Assembly (NCBI GenBank): GCA_951406725.2
Contig: OX597820.1
Location: 119,102,001-119,166,000 of the forward strand
Direction of reading: 5' to 3'
Origin: Octopus vulgaris
Lineage: Eukaryota
DNA length: 64,000 nucleotides
The translations under genes were made by a program, and so were the position numbers. A model generated the notes under the pieces. That model ran no database searches and had not been told where the DNA came from. It worked only from the letters and a program-made list of their open reading frames with translations. This document shows positions 13,429 to 27,364 of the stretch, piece by piece (positions within the stretch are counted from its first letter, which is position 1; each line of letters starts with the position of its first letter).

Positions 13429-13470
13429 GCTGCATTGAAAAGGGGCAATACCCCGAAACGCGTCTGTAGC
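13429..13470 (+). ncRNA. Minimal type I hammerhead ribozyme, U3-A8 core variant (copy 2)
   Basis: Identical to 13066-13107. Confidence 0.75.
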
Positions 13471-13645
13471 TGCCGGTCAAGTAGTATGGAGCGACTGACC
13501 TCCCTTGTTCGAAGGTTATATGGATACAGTTTGTGTATCAAATAGCTAACTTAAGGCGATGGCTTCATGGAGCTAATAAGCGGACAGCTTTATTCTTATT
13601 TTTATAAGAATGCCATATTAGTATGGCGATAACTATTATATTATT

Positions 13646-14100
<455 letters not shown>

Positions 14101-14125
14101 CATTGGACAGGGGTCTTTTTGCTCG

Positions 14126-14170
<45 letters not shown>

Positions 14171-14429
14171 GTGTGTGTTACTGTGTATGTATGTGTCTGT
14201 CTGTGTATGCGCTTGTCGGCAACATCGCCTCACAAACGGTGTTGGTTCGTTTACGTACCGCTAACTTGACTCTATGGCAACAAGTAACCTATATAAGAAG
14301 TACCACGCTTAGAAAAAAGCAATTGGGTGGATTTGCTTAACGCAATCTTTCAACGCATTCTGATGACTTATACAATTAAAAGAAAACAGAAAATTAATAC
14401 ATTGATACACACATATGTATATACATATC

Positions 14430-14513
<84 letters not shown>

Positions 14514-16097
14514 GTGTATCTGTGTGTCTGTATGCCTGTCAATGTATATCTATCTATCTATTTGTATGTGTATATGTATGTGTCTGTGTGTGCGCGTATG
14601 TAAAATAAAAGGATATAAAGGAAGAGTCTAAAGTATGGTGCGCATATTTTCATTGCATAGTTATTTATTAAGTATTGCACAATATTATATGACATTTCAT
14701 TTATTACGTAACTATCCCATTTCATCAGGTGCTGCCAAAGAAGTTACTTATATACATTTATACACAGGTATATCTCCACGTTTTGATTTTAAACAGTACT
14801 GTTTACTAGGATAGAGATGTCACTCTTCTTCTAGCAAGCTTGTTGAAGTCCTGGGACACACTCTGCCAGAGCAAATATGCGGCTATTTTCTCATAATCAA
14901 ATACATTTCATTCAGGTCAAATTCATGTCTCCCATTTTATGAAAGATATATTTGGCAACTGAAAGAATTGGTCATCAAAATCTACGGGATACTTTTCTTA
15001 TGTTAATGTTGTTATACAACTAAGTCGCCAAGCTGTCTTTACTAAGCAGGTATCATAATACTGTAACGTCCATCCTGCTTATCCAGTTTGTCCTTACACT
15101 AACTCTGTGGTGACGTATTAAATTGTCCTTGACGTAGTGTTAATATTGATGTCATTTACCACAAAGCAACATGAATTTTAGGGGACAATTTTATATTAAA
15201 GTTGTGCAACATCCTTTTCGAAAAGGAAAAGGGAAATATCATAGCGACAATTTAGATTTAATATATCGGTGTCCTCTATTGCAGAAACAATCCAATATTC
15301 TGGGGTAAATATAGTTTCAAGGCAATTGAAGTACCTTTCGACAATAATAATCCCAAGAGAATTGAATAGGAAATTTCATCCGGCCGTAAAATTGTACATG
15401 GTATAAATATACCCTAGAATGTAGATATATTGCATGTACATATGTAATACTGAGAGAGGCTTTAATATATATCAACGAAAGACTTTAAGGACGGAGCGTT
15501 GTGGATAACGTAATCGTAAAGCACGTGGTAAATCATACCCTAATACAAACCACAGCAGATCGATAAATGCTTGAGCAAAGAACTTTCGCCATGAGAAAAC
15601 TGCAAATTGGGAGATTGATGAATCCGATAGAGTTCACAAGAAACCGAGGCTTCTGTAGTCTGTTTCTTGGAATAAAATATAAAGCATTTCTATACTAAGT
15701 ATGGAAAGTATTATATAAAATGATGGAATCCACAACAGAGAAAACGGGGAAGTTAACAAGCGTAGTGTAGAGAAGGTGGAGTGATCTCTTTGCAGTGAAA
15801 AAATATGGGACCCAATTGGCAGAGAGGAAGAAGGGATCAAGCAAGTGCAAGAAGAAAATGGAACAACTGAGGATGGAGAAGAACAGCTTAAGAAAGCAAT
15901 GGAACGGCGTACATTCTGTCCTGATGATACCATAACCTGATACTCTCCGTTATTCAGTTCTTTCAAATGATAGCACTGGCGTCTGAAAGCTGTTTGCAAA
16001 TGACATAGATATGTCCTATATTTCTACACTTGCAGAATAAAATAGCTTTGTTTCTTCTCTCGCGCTCTCTCACTATACATATATATATATATATAGT

Positions 16098-16431
16098 GTG
16101 ACCCCCTTAGGTCAGACACTGACCATGGGTTTGCACCTAGAGAGTTACTCTCTGAGGCACAAGTCTGGGCAAGGTTGTTTCATGGAAGACCAGCAGTCGC
16201 CCATGCATACCGGCCTCCCCTCTCCACGTCACCGATGTTGTCCAAGGGAAAGGCAAGGGCCGATACAACTTGGCACCTGTGACGTCGCAACTCATTTCTA
16301 CAGCTGAGTGAACTGGAGCAACGTGAAATAAAGTGTCTTGCTCAAGAACACAACACGCAGCCCAGTCCGGGATTCGAGCTCACAACCTCACGATCGTAAG
16401 TTCGACGCTCTAACCACTGAGCCACGCGCCT

Positions 16432-16435
<4 letters not shown>
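16098..16435 (-). mobile_element. tRNA-derived CORE-like SINE (family E)
   Basis: Minus strand head ggcgcgtggctcagtggttagagc...gctcgaatccc followed by CORE-like ttgagcaagacacttta...cactcagctgta. Confidence 0.8.
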
Positions 16436-16468
<33 letters not shown>

Positions 16469-16469
16469 T

Positions 16470-16502
<33 letters not shown>

Positions 16503-16690
16503 GTGTTGATGTTGATACAAACAGGAAAATACAATGTGAAAATGTTTTTATTATATATATATGGGAAGAATGGGAGATCTCACGCGTCTGTATAAATTCG
16601 GAGCTACTGGATTTCGGATATAGGCTATTCGATGGCACTTGGTCGAATACATCTTTTAATTATTAGAGCTCTCAAATTTATAATTGAGAT

Positions 16691-16764
16691 ACTATACTGA
16701 AGACGGACATAAGTGAGTAAAAATAAAATTCTACATCTCTTTAATCCAGAAACGCGTATATAGT
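16691..16764 (+). ncRNA. Type I hammerhead ribozyme motif with expanded loop II
   Basis: ACTATA-CTGAAGA-CGGA...TCCA-GAAAC-GC-GTA-TATAGT; perfect 6-bp stem I; C-A mismatch at the base of stem II. Confidence 0.6.
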
Positions 16765-17271
16765 TGATCAAAGCCGGGTGGATTAGCTATTTTTTCTCTT
16801 TACCTGCGTGAGTTTGGAGTATTGCTGTCTGGGAGAAACCTTATGGTAGTGGAATAGTATTTAACTGCATTTTCTAAATTTCGGTATGTGGTGAAGCAAT
16901 TATGCTGAATCCTAATTATAATTATATATATATATACAATTATATATAAGGGCAAAAGAAAAAAATTTCCATGCCAGTATGCTGAGAAATAGACTTTAAT
17001 CGTCAATCACCACATGCAATATACATCACTATAAATACACTCGTGTTAAATCTTATTTAAAATTGTTCGTAATTTTCACATTAAAAGGTATTTTAATATG
17101 ATGACCACTTGAAATTTTTGGGAAAAATTTATCCTATATTAGAAATAAATATATATATATATATTTAAAATGAAGGTAAGACATTAGATATTAATTTAAT
17201 TAACATCGATTTCACACCAGTGGTCTAGCATATAAAAATACTGACGGTTCAGTAAAATTGTATTATATACA

Positions 17272-17741
17272 TATTAGAGGGAAACCACTATGGGGACACC
17301 CTTATGTTAGAAATGCATCCGCTATGGTCTTACAACTAAGAAAAGTTCGCAAGAAAAATTTAGCAAATCAACCAAAACGTAATCGAGTAAGACAAAAGAA
17401 AAAAAGCAATAAAAATATGGATTATTCACATACATGCTTCACTATTAACATATTACGTAATTTTACTTACATAAATGTCTGTAGATCATCGGTGTGACCG
17501 TCCAGATGAATATAATTTGTAGGACTGCGTACTAGGACGTTCGCACTAAGTCAGACTTGTAAAAGAGTCCTACCCATTACACTCGTGCTTACTATTTCAA
17601 ATGTCCATATTTTTATTGCTTTTTATTTTGTCTTGCTCGATTACGTTTTGCTAAATTTTTCTCGAGAACATTTCTTAGTGGTAAGACCATAGCGGATCTA
17701 TTTCTAGCATAAGGGTGTCCACATAGTGGTTACCCTCTAAT
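17272..17741. repeat. Diverged inverted repeat (~145-bp arms, ~180-bp spacer)
   Basis: 17272-17422 mirrors 17604-17741. Confidence 0.85.
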
Positions 17742-17761
17742 ATGTATATATATATATATAA

Positions 17762-17816
<55 letters not shown>

Positions 17817-18050
17817 AAGAAAGAGAGAAAACTCTACACAATAGATAGGTCTGAAACAAATAGCAGCCAAATGTGATGGTTACACTATACAGGCAGTGTT
17901 ATGGACATCAATACCGAACACTAAATGTCTGATGTTACGACAGAGAGTCAAAACACTCAACTTTTGATTGTATCTGACGAAAACAAAGCTTTCTGCAGGT
18001 CAAGCAATATTCAGGAATGAATGGCATTTTACATTGTATCTATCTATCTA

Positions 18051-18272
18051 TCTTCCTAAGTTATCCTTGTCTACTGTCCTACACAGTATCCTATCTAGAT
18101 ACGATCTCGACGACCCACTGCGCGTGCTCCATGTCCACGTTGGTGCATTTGGGTGGTCGAGTCGGTACCTGTCAGACAGTTGGAATCGTCTGAGCAGGTC
18201 TCTGAGGCATTTGCATCCCCTTCTGTTTTTGTCTCTCCCCACATAGTCTAGATGCGTGTCCAAGGTAGCATT
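18051..18272 (-). mobile_element. L1/Tx1-like LINE APE endonuclease fragment
   Basis: NATLDTHLD...DRYRLDHPNAPTWTW...SYLDRIL matches APE motifs (NA.LD, TW, S.LDRI). Confidence 0.75.
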
Positions 18273-18295
18273 GTCTGCCTGTCTGTCTGTCTATG

Positions 18296-18355
<60 letters not shown>

Positions 18356-18534
18356 CATCCATCCATCCATCCATCTATTTATCTATCTATCTCTTTCGTA
18401 TTGTATCTAAATTAACTATTGCTTAACCATTTTCTCCGATGAAGGGATATAGTAAATATCCTGGAACCAGCTGTAAGACCTATTTATGAATGTTCTAAAA
18501 TCTTCACAGCCTTGGTTTTTCATCTAATTCTGAA

Positions 18535-18596
<62 letters not shown>

Positions 18597-18659
18597 TAAA
18601 TAAATGGAGTTGAACGAAGATGTTATTAAAATTCTTTTACTTTCGATATATGTTTCGAC

Positions 18660-18690
<31 letters not shown>

Positions 18691-19247
18691 ATGAACGAGA
18701 AAGGGAAAATGAGAGACAGACTGAGAGAGAAAATGACTGACACGAAGGCCGAGTTCGGTTTTTGTGTCGTGCATGGTATATGTAAATGAAGCTCTTTCTT
18801 AAAATTTGTCTCCGCTTTCGAGATATGATTAAGTTTCTTATATTTTAGCATAGCAAGTTAAATAATTAATTCCTTATAATTGTTTTATAGACATTTGCAT
18901 TTTTAAACAAACACACACATACACACTTGTATACCAATATACATGGGTATATATGGGTATATATATATGTATATATATGCGTGTCAGTTAGTGCTTCCAT
19001 GTATATGTATATATGGGTATATATATATGTATATATATGCGTGTCAGTTAGTGCTTCCATGTATATGTATATATATATATATATATGTATATATATGTAT
19101 GTATATGTATATGTATATGCGCACACACATACAGATATATATATGTATGTACATGCTTGTGTATTATCGAGTGTGAATGCGCATGTGTTTGTTCGAATGT
19201 TTATATGTGTGTCTCTGGTTGCATCCTCAGTTATTTCAGTTCCATAT

Positions 19248-19406
<159 letters not shown>

Positions 19407-19506
19407 TGTAGTTAATGCTATAGAATTAACCGACAGCTATATTCAGAGGTGTGAAATATTACAGCGCCATCGGCGGTTATTAGTAAATATTTGTATATAA
19501 GCTCAA

Positions 19507-19576
<70 letters not shown>

Positions 19577-20758
19577 GGTATTTATAAACCCATATGTATT
19601 CTTATGTAAGCTCATATATACCTATACGTCTATACACAAATATACATATACATTCATAAATATACACATATACGTATATACATATATATATATATAAATA
19701 TATATGTATGTATGTATATATACACATATACGTATATACATACATATGTATATAAATATGTATGTATATATATATAATATGTGTCTGTGCGTGCATATAT
19801 AAACTTGTACCTATACACACACACATGCACACATAATATGTATATAATAAGTATAAGTGTATATGTGTATGATAACACCTGTGCGTATGCGTTTATATAG
19901 GTGTGTATGTGTGTATGTATGTGTTGTTACACCTCTGTGTGTAAGCGTGTTTCTAAGTGCATGGCGTTATTTACAGTGCTTCTAATGCTTCAGTGAACAC
20001 GTTATTGCAATTTCGATAGAAACGTAGTCTCTTATGTGATAATTTAATATTTCATATATCCCGTATTATTATCACTTGCATTTCGTTTCAATTATTATTG
20101 AATTATTGCTCAGCTGAGAGTAAATCTAATTGATAATTTCTAAGGTTATCTAAACGTATTATTCCTATATTTCACCATACACGGAAGAACTACATTCAAG
20201 TTACCAGATGCTCAAAATCAAGAGGAATCTCTATTAAGAGTTGGAATTATTACAGACCATACTTCCGGTTCGGCCGGTTGATTTAACTTTTCTGAATTGT
20301 TTTCATTTACACCTGTAAGTCTTAGTAATTCATATTGGGCACCGTGCCTCTCCTGGCTTATTCTGTGTTCGATCCTAATACGTGGTACTGAGAGAGAACT
20401 GTACCAAGGGTACCTTGCTAGAGGGAAGCTGTGCGAAAAACACTCGTATGTGTACCTCTGTGTTTGTGTTAGTATTTCTGTGTTTCTATGTATGTATGTA
20501 TGTATGTGTATAATGCCATTATTTATGCCTTTTCTTGTGAAAACATACCACATTAATATGGTGATACGACCCTGAATTTACAAAGTTGACTGGTGATAGA
20601 ATTCCACTTCAGACCTTAAGATACAATTACTTGGAGTTCAATACCATTCACCAAACATTTTGTTAGCCTGGTGTATTTGTAACAGCCCAGAGCTTAAGAA
20701 GCAATTTGTACAAATTAACAGCCCCTCATCGATAACCAACCAAATAAATAAATAAATA

Positions 20759-20854
<96 letters not shown>

Positions 20855-20856
<2 letters not shown>

Positions 20857-21100
20857 CTTATAAGGAAGGGCTAAAGAAAATTATTTCAATGCCAATATGC
20901 TGATAACAGACTATTAAATCGGCAATTTCCACATATAATTTACTCGCTACAGAAAAAACCGACGAACTGAAGTCGGGCAAGCCGGCCGTTAGAATCTTTT
21001 AAAAATTCTATATGAAATTATATGTGGAAATTGACGATTTAATAGTCTGTTGTCAGCATATTGATATTGAAATAATTTTCTTTAGCCCTTATTTATAAGT
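20855..21100. repeat. Inverted repeat (~85-bp arms), related to sequence at 16945-17140
   Basis: aagggctaaagaaaattatttcaat...ccacatataattt mirrored at 21015-21100. Confidence 0.85.
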
Positions 21101-21197
21101 TGTTTATAATTTTAACCGTAAAGGTATTTTAATATGCTGCCACATTTTTTGATGAAATTTTTTTCTGTAGAGGAAAAAAACTTCATCCTATATTAGT

Positions 21198-21301
<104 letters not shown>

Positions 21302-21580
21302 TATATACATATGTGTGCGTGCCTTCAAAATCCACATTCTTTATCTCTCTCCAACTATTTAGGGCCACGTAACGACGCTCGAGCTTTTATACGGACTATC
21401 TACTCCTTCCGCCTTTTCCTCCTCTCTGGAAGTTTTTTTCCTTTTTCCGACGAAGAGCCGTGATCGAAACATCTTTTCCACTCCTGTCCGTCAAGCTAAT
21501 ATATTCACTGTAGACGTCTACTTGACTTTTGTTTCTGTCTGTGCTTTTTAAAAATTTTCTATTTGTGTGTGTGTGTGTGG

Positions 21581-21660
<80 letters not shown>

Positions 21661-22043
21661 ATGTGTTTTCGGTTGCTTGTTTTGGTGAAAGTGTGGACTG
21701 CGGTTGCTCTCATGCTGCGGTATCACTTTGAATTTTGCTTTGTAGATAAGAGCAAACCTGCAATTTACTTTGAGTCTGATACGTATTTCATCGCTCATTT
21801 TCCTCAACAGCCAACTTAGAAGGACATAAAGACACTAACACCCGATGTTAAACGGACAGAGGCAAAGATGAGCAGAATGATGCTCTCTCCTATACACAGA
21901 TAGACACACCGGCAATTTCGATTTGTCTGCTTGGTTCTTCGCCAGTTTTCTCGTCTGATATTTTGTGCGCCATTATTTATAGCCATCTCGGTAAACTAAT
22001 GACTTGTAAGTAAATGTAACCGACCAAACCTGCGGAAACCTGT

Positions 22044-22461
22044 TATGTATGTATGTGTGTATGTGTGTATGTGTGTATGTATGTGTGTATGTGTATGTGT
22101 GTATGTATGTGTATCTGTATGTATGTGTGTATGTATGTATGTATGTATGTATGTACGTGTGTATGTATGTGTGTATGTATGTGTGTATGTATGTATGTGT
22201 GTATGGATGTATGTATGTATGTATGTATGTATGTATGTATGTATGTATGTATGTATGTATGAATATATGTATGTATGTATGCATGTATGTATGAATGTTT
22301 GTATATATGTATGTGTGTATGTATGTATGTATGTATGTGTGTATGTATGTATGTGTGTATGTATGTATGTATGTATGTATGTATGTGTGTGTATGTATGT
22401 ATGTGTATGTATATATGTATGTATGTGTGTGTGTATGTATGTGTATGTATGTATGTATGTA
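22044..22461. repeat. (TATG)n/(TG)n compound microsatellite
   Basis: Directly visible. Confidence 0.95.
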
Positions 22462-23154
22462 TTCATGCCGATATGTTTCCATGTATTCTCTCTCTTTTCT
22501 CTTTTTTATATAATATGTGTGCAGGTATGTCCGTGTGCATATGTGAATGGGTATTCCCGTTCATGTGTGCGTGTGTCATGTGTTTCCCTCTTAACGTTGC
22601 GGCAACTGATATAGGAATCTTTAGTATTCTATAACTTTGCGTTTTAGCAGAAAAGAATATCTAACCAGTATACAGAAGTTACGCTTATTCTAGGTGATAC
22701 AGTAGCATGACCGCATTCGAAATACTAAAATAAAAACTATATGTATGTATATGTATATTTGTATGTTTGTATGTATGTATTATGTATTTATGTATGTCTA
22801 TCTGTCTATCTATCTATTTTACCCCACCGCAAAAAATTTTTTATTTAATTCGTTTTACGGGAAGGATTGTTTCAACGTAGTCGTGTTCTGCCCTTACCTT
22901 CGAAACACGCAATGAGTCGAAACAGGGGCAGCTGAAGAAGGGGAATCTTCCTTGTATTGTTTGTCTTGTACTCTGTTTCTTCGTTGTTAAAAAAGTCCGT
23001 TTCCTTGTTTTGTTTTTATGTTTTTGTTTCTCCTTGTGTTCTACGTTTATTTGTGGTGTCCTGTAACCATATATGCATGTATATATACATATAGATGTAC
23101 GTATGTACATATATGTATGTATGTATGCGTATGTTTTAATTATGAAATTTTTAT

Positions 23155-23193
<39 letters not shown>

Positions 23194-23917
23194 ATACATA
23201 TAGATACTGGACGAAGTAGTCCTCAATATACAAACATAACTGCCAAGCTGCAATGCGACTATTACTAGTAAAGTGTTACAAAACCATGGCGTTAGAAAAG
23301 ATAATTTACTGCTTTAAGCAGTAAAGAGGCCGGATGTTTGGAATTAGAACAGTTTTGATCAAAGATGTGTTTAGTTAAACTTTGATATGTGCCTGAAAAT
23401 TGCATTTGTATGTTTGTTCTTTATAATCTTACAGAAATACAAACAACAGCGTAAACATTCTTAGTAGTAGACATAAATATGTGATAGCCGGCCCTTACTA
23501 ATACTGGCATTCAAAGCCTTAACTCTGAGGACAGTTAAAGAATCTACCCGATCAATCCATATTAATTTTTGCTTCTCTATGAAGAGTTTTCATTTGACGT
23601 TTACAATCTGAGTTGCCTGAAATTTGGCTGCATCGTTGTAGCTTGCTGTAGCATTTAAACGATATAACAGGTAATTTACGAATCGGACTAGATTCCAATA
23701 ATGTGCTTTATACACAAATCGGTCTGCCCAATGCATTTAAATCCCTTAGGGATTGTGGATTTATAATCTGTCGCTCTATGGCTACTTAAATACGTAATCA
23801 TTGAACTGTGAATAGTGCTGGCTAAAAACTCTCGCTACATTCTCTAGTACAGGACTTCAACGGAATAGAACACTCTTTATACTCCGGCAATTTAGAAGCT
23901 CACCATCTCATATATTC

Positions 23918-24318
23918 CTTTTTACTCTTTTTACTTGTTTCAGTCATTTGACTGCGGCCATGCTGGAGCACCGCCTTTAGTCGAGCAAATCGACCCCGGG
24001 ACTTATTCTTTGTAAGCCCAGTACTTATTCTATCGGTCTCTTTTGCCGAACCGCTAAGTGACAGGGACGTAAACACACCATCAAGCAATGCTAGGGGGAC
24101 AAACACAGACACACAAACATATACACACACACATATATATATATATACATATATACGACAGGCTTCTTTCAGTTTCCGTCTACCAAATCTACTCACAAGG
24201 CATTGGTCGCCCCGGGGCTATAGCAGAAGACACTTGCCCAAGATGCCATGCAGTGGGACTGAACCCGGAACCATGTGGTTGGTTAGCAAGCTACTTACCA
24301 CACAGCCACTCCTGCGCC
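23918..24318 (-). mobile_element. SINE family B, full length
   Basis: tRNA-like head, CORE-like cttgggcaagt, internal TA/TG tract, (GTAAAAGA)n-like tail. Confidence 0.9.
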
Positions 24319-24544
24319 TATATATTTACTTCTACAGATACATCCACTCATACACACACATTCACACACATACACGCAAACAAGCAGCCGGACGTTTCTC
24401 AATGAACTTCTGAGGTTCTTCTGTCACGACTTGCTACTCTCTTTGTAACATTTCCTTTGAACATTTCCCCTTTTCTCTATTTTTCATTTTCTCTCACGCG
24501 TTGAAAGCTGGATATTTTAAATTTCACATTTACTAAGAACAGAA

Positions 24545-24949
24545 TATTCTTTTCTACTCTAGGCGCAAGGCCGGAAATTTTCGGGAAGGCGGGATAGTCG
24601 ATTAGATCGACACCAGTACGCAACTGGTACTTACTTAATTTATCGACCCCGAAAGGATGAAAGACATAGTCGACCTCGGCGGAAATTGAACTCAGAACGT
24701 TAAGCTAGACGAAATACTTATTTCTTTACTTCCCACAAGGGGCTAAACGCAGGGGAGACAAACAAGGACAGACAGACGGATTAAGTCGATTATATCGACC
24801 CCAGTGCACAACTGGTACTTAATTTATCGACCCCGAAAGGGTGAAAGGCAAAGTCGACCTCGGCGGAATTTGAACTCAGAACGTTAAGACAGACGAAATA
24901 CCGCTAAGCGTTTCACCCGGCGCGCTAACGATTCTGCCAGCTCGCCGTC
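24545..24949 (-). mobile_element. SINE family A, full length with two body modules
   Basis: Head at 24949; body repeated twice. Confidence 0.9.
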
Positions 24950-25851
24950 TTATAAGAACAGAATATTGACAAACCAACAAGTGCAGAACTATGTGGTCGC
25001 TGGGTTTATTCGCCTCAAGTTTTCACTGAAATCATAACTGCCATTTCGAAAAAGCCATGCAGTCTAAATGTGGAATATAAGTTGGCGAGAATTTGAATGT
25101 GTTCACCATAGATCTGTTCTATTCGGGTAGATTTGATACATAAAAAACCCCCAACAGATTGTGTCATATAACTCTTTGAGGTTCGTCTGTTCATATGCAC
25201 TATTAAAAGCACACAAATTCCTACATTTGGGATTTAGTAATTTACTTCCCATTCACGAAACCATTCTATACAATCTGATACCCGCTAAACCTTCTTTCAT
25301 ACCTTGTCATACAACGTCATAATCCAAACCACTCAGATCACACACAGAGCAAATGTAAATACATAGGTAGTCCAACTTAGTTTGGGACGTTGATAAAATA
25401 ACCACTATTTATTGTATTGCCACTGCTTATGCTTATAGCAGTGAGTCGTCCCCATTATTTCCTATACAACTGACGCAAGTTAGTGTCTACCAAAAGAAAT
25501 ATAATTATCTCGACAGAGAGCACTGGCATAGACAAGACTCCGTCTTCCGACTGTTTGGCTAGTAGTGCATCATAATATCGATTTAGTTAATTAGATTGTG
25601 AGGCCGCCACAGCGTGTTAAAATAATGATTGTTGGAATATTTTATTTCATGGAGTTTCTCTGAACACAATGTCTACGCCATACATCTAATATAGAAACTT
25701 CCGAGGAATAATTAACCAATTATATTCGTAAAATCGATTCAGAACGTAGATTATATAAATACATTTGAAATATAATTTTAACCTTCGCACGGAATGCATA
25801 CGTACAAACATGCATAACCCCCATGCACGCACATACACAGACACACAAATT

Positions 25852-26157
25852 GCACTCCGTCGGTTACGACAAAGAGGATTCTGGCTGATCTGATCAACGT
25901 AACAGTCTGTTCGTGAAAGAAATGTGCAACTGGCTGAGTACTCCAGCAAATGGCTGAAAATTGCATTTGACGTAGTTCTTAGGAAGATCAAGCGTGACAC
26001 CTTTGTGTTACGAGTGCAACTACTTTTTGCCAGCTGAGTGGACTGGAGCAATGAGAAATGAAGTGTCTTGCTCAAGGACACAACGCGCTGTCAGACATCG
26101 ATTCACCACACGACAATCTTGAGTAGAATACTCTTAACCATACAGCTATGCGCCTTC
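25852..26157 (-). mobile_element. Diverged SINE with family E-type CORE head and family D-type tail
   Basis: ccttgagcaagacacttc..cactcagctg as in family E, followed by gaactacgt...gtcgtaaccgacggagtgc as in family D. Confidence 0.7.
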
Positions 26158-26277
26158 AAGATGGTACTCCAGTATGACCGCAGTCCCATGAGTGAAACAC
26201 GTAAAACATAAAATGCATGTTCCTAACTTCAATGTGTTCTTTGGATTGAAGATTTGTTTCAACAATTTGAAATCTGT

Positions 26278-26463
26278 GAGTTGGTAGGAACGTAGCCATG
26301 CCGGACGAAATGCTTTGCGGTATTTCGTCTGCCTCCACGTTCTGAGTTCAAAATCCGCCGAGATCGACTTTGCCTTTCATCCTTTCGGGGTCGATTAAAT
26401 AAGTACCAGTTACGCACTGGGGTCGATATAATCGACTTAATCCGTTTGTCTGTCCTTGTTTGT
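26278..26463 (+). mobile_element. SINE family A, 3'-truncated
   Basis: Family A body sequence. Confidence 0.85.
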
Positions 26464-26486
26464 AGGTACATCCATATATACATATA

Positions 26487-26575
<89 letters not shown>

Positions 26576-26612
26576 ATACATATACGCACACACAAACAAA
26601 CACATATATATA

Positions 26613-26781
26613 GGCGTAGGAGTGGTTGTGTGGTAAGTAGCTTGCTTACCAACCGCATGGTTCCGGGTTCAGTCCCACTGCGTGGCACCTTGCGTAAGTG
26701 TCTTCTACTATAGCATCGGGCCGACCAAAGCCTTGTGAGTGGATTTGGTAGACGGAAACTGAACGAAGACCGTCGTATATA

Positions 26782-26812
<31 letters not shown>

Positions 26813-27047
26813 GTATGTGTATGTGTTTGTGTGTCTGTGTTTGTCCCCCCCCCCAACATCGCTTGACAACCGATGCTGGTGTGTTTACGTCTCCGTAACT
26901 TAGCGGTTCGGCAAAAGAGACCGATAGAATAAGTACTAGGCTTACAAAGAATACATCCTGGGGTCGATTTGCTCGAATAAAAGGTGGTCCTCCAGCATGG
27001 CCACAGTCAAATGACTGAAACAAGTAAAAGAGTAAAAGAGAGTAAAG
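26613..27047 (+). mobile_element. SINE family B, full length
   Basis: Same layout as the other B copies. Confidence 0.9.
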
Positions 27048-27364
27048 ACTATATACACACATATATATATATACATATATATGTATGCATATATATGTAT
27101 GCATATATACATATATATTTATATGCATATCTATCTATCTATCTATCTGACTGTCTGTCTGTAAGTATGTATGTATGTATTTATAAACCTTATATAGATA
27201 GCCGTATGCTATGTTTACCGCAAAGGAAACCATAATTTTCACTAAATATGACTAGGGAGTTAGAAACACATACAATGCTAGAAATAATGTTGTAGTAGAA
27301 GCATATAATTACATACATATACACTGACAGGGAATATAATCCTCCGAAAACAACGATTGCGAAT

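Larger units (their letters stand above)
12905..13638 (+). mobile_element. Tandem 363-bp HHR-bearing unit (~1.7 copies) with 5' inverted arm; PLE pseudo-LTR or retrozyme-like
   Basis: 13013-13275 is repeated at 13376-13638 with 2 substitutions; 12905-13018 is the reverse complement of 13226-13339. Confidence 0.85.

Noticed and set aside
14690-14732. Minus-strand CTGATGA...GAAATGTC with a possible GQTG remnant near 15090
   Set aside because: The stems do not pair and the sequence is too decayed to call an HHR or PLE.
15700-15910. Purine-rich stretch resembling an N-terminal piece of an RLE-type LINE
   Set aside because: No diagnostic motif.
20218-20430. Minus-strand open frame with possible splice sites
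   Set aside because: No recognisable homology and only moderate splice signals.
22915-22950. GAAAC...CTGAAGA order suggesting a type II hammerhead
   Set aside because: No NUH triplet and no pairable stems I or III between the motifs.
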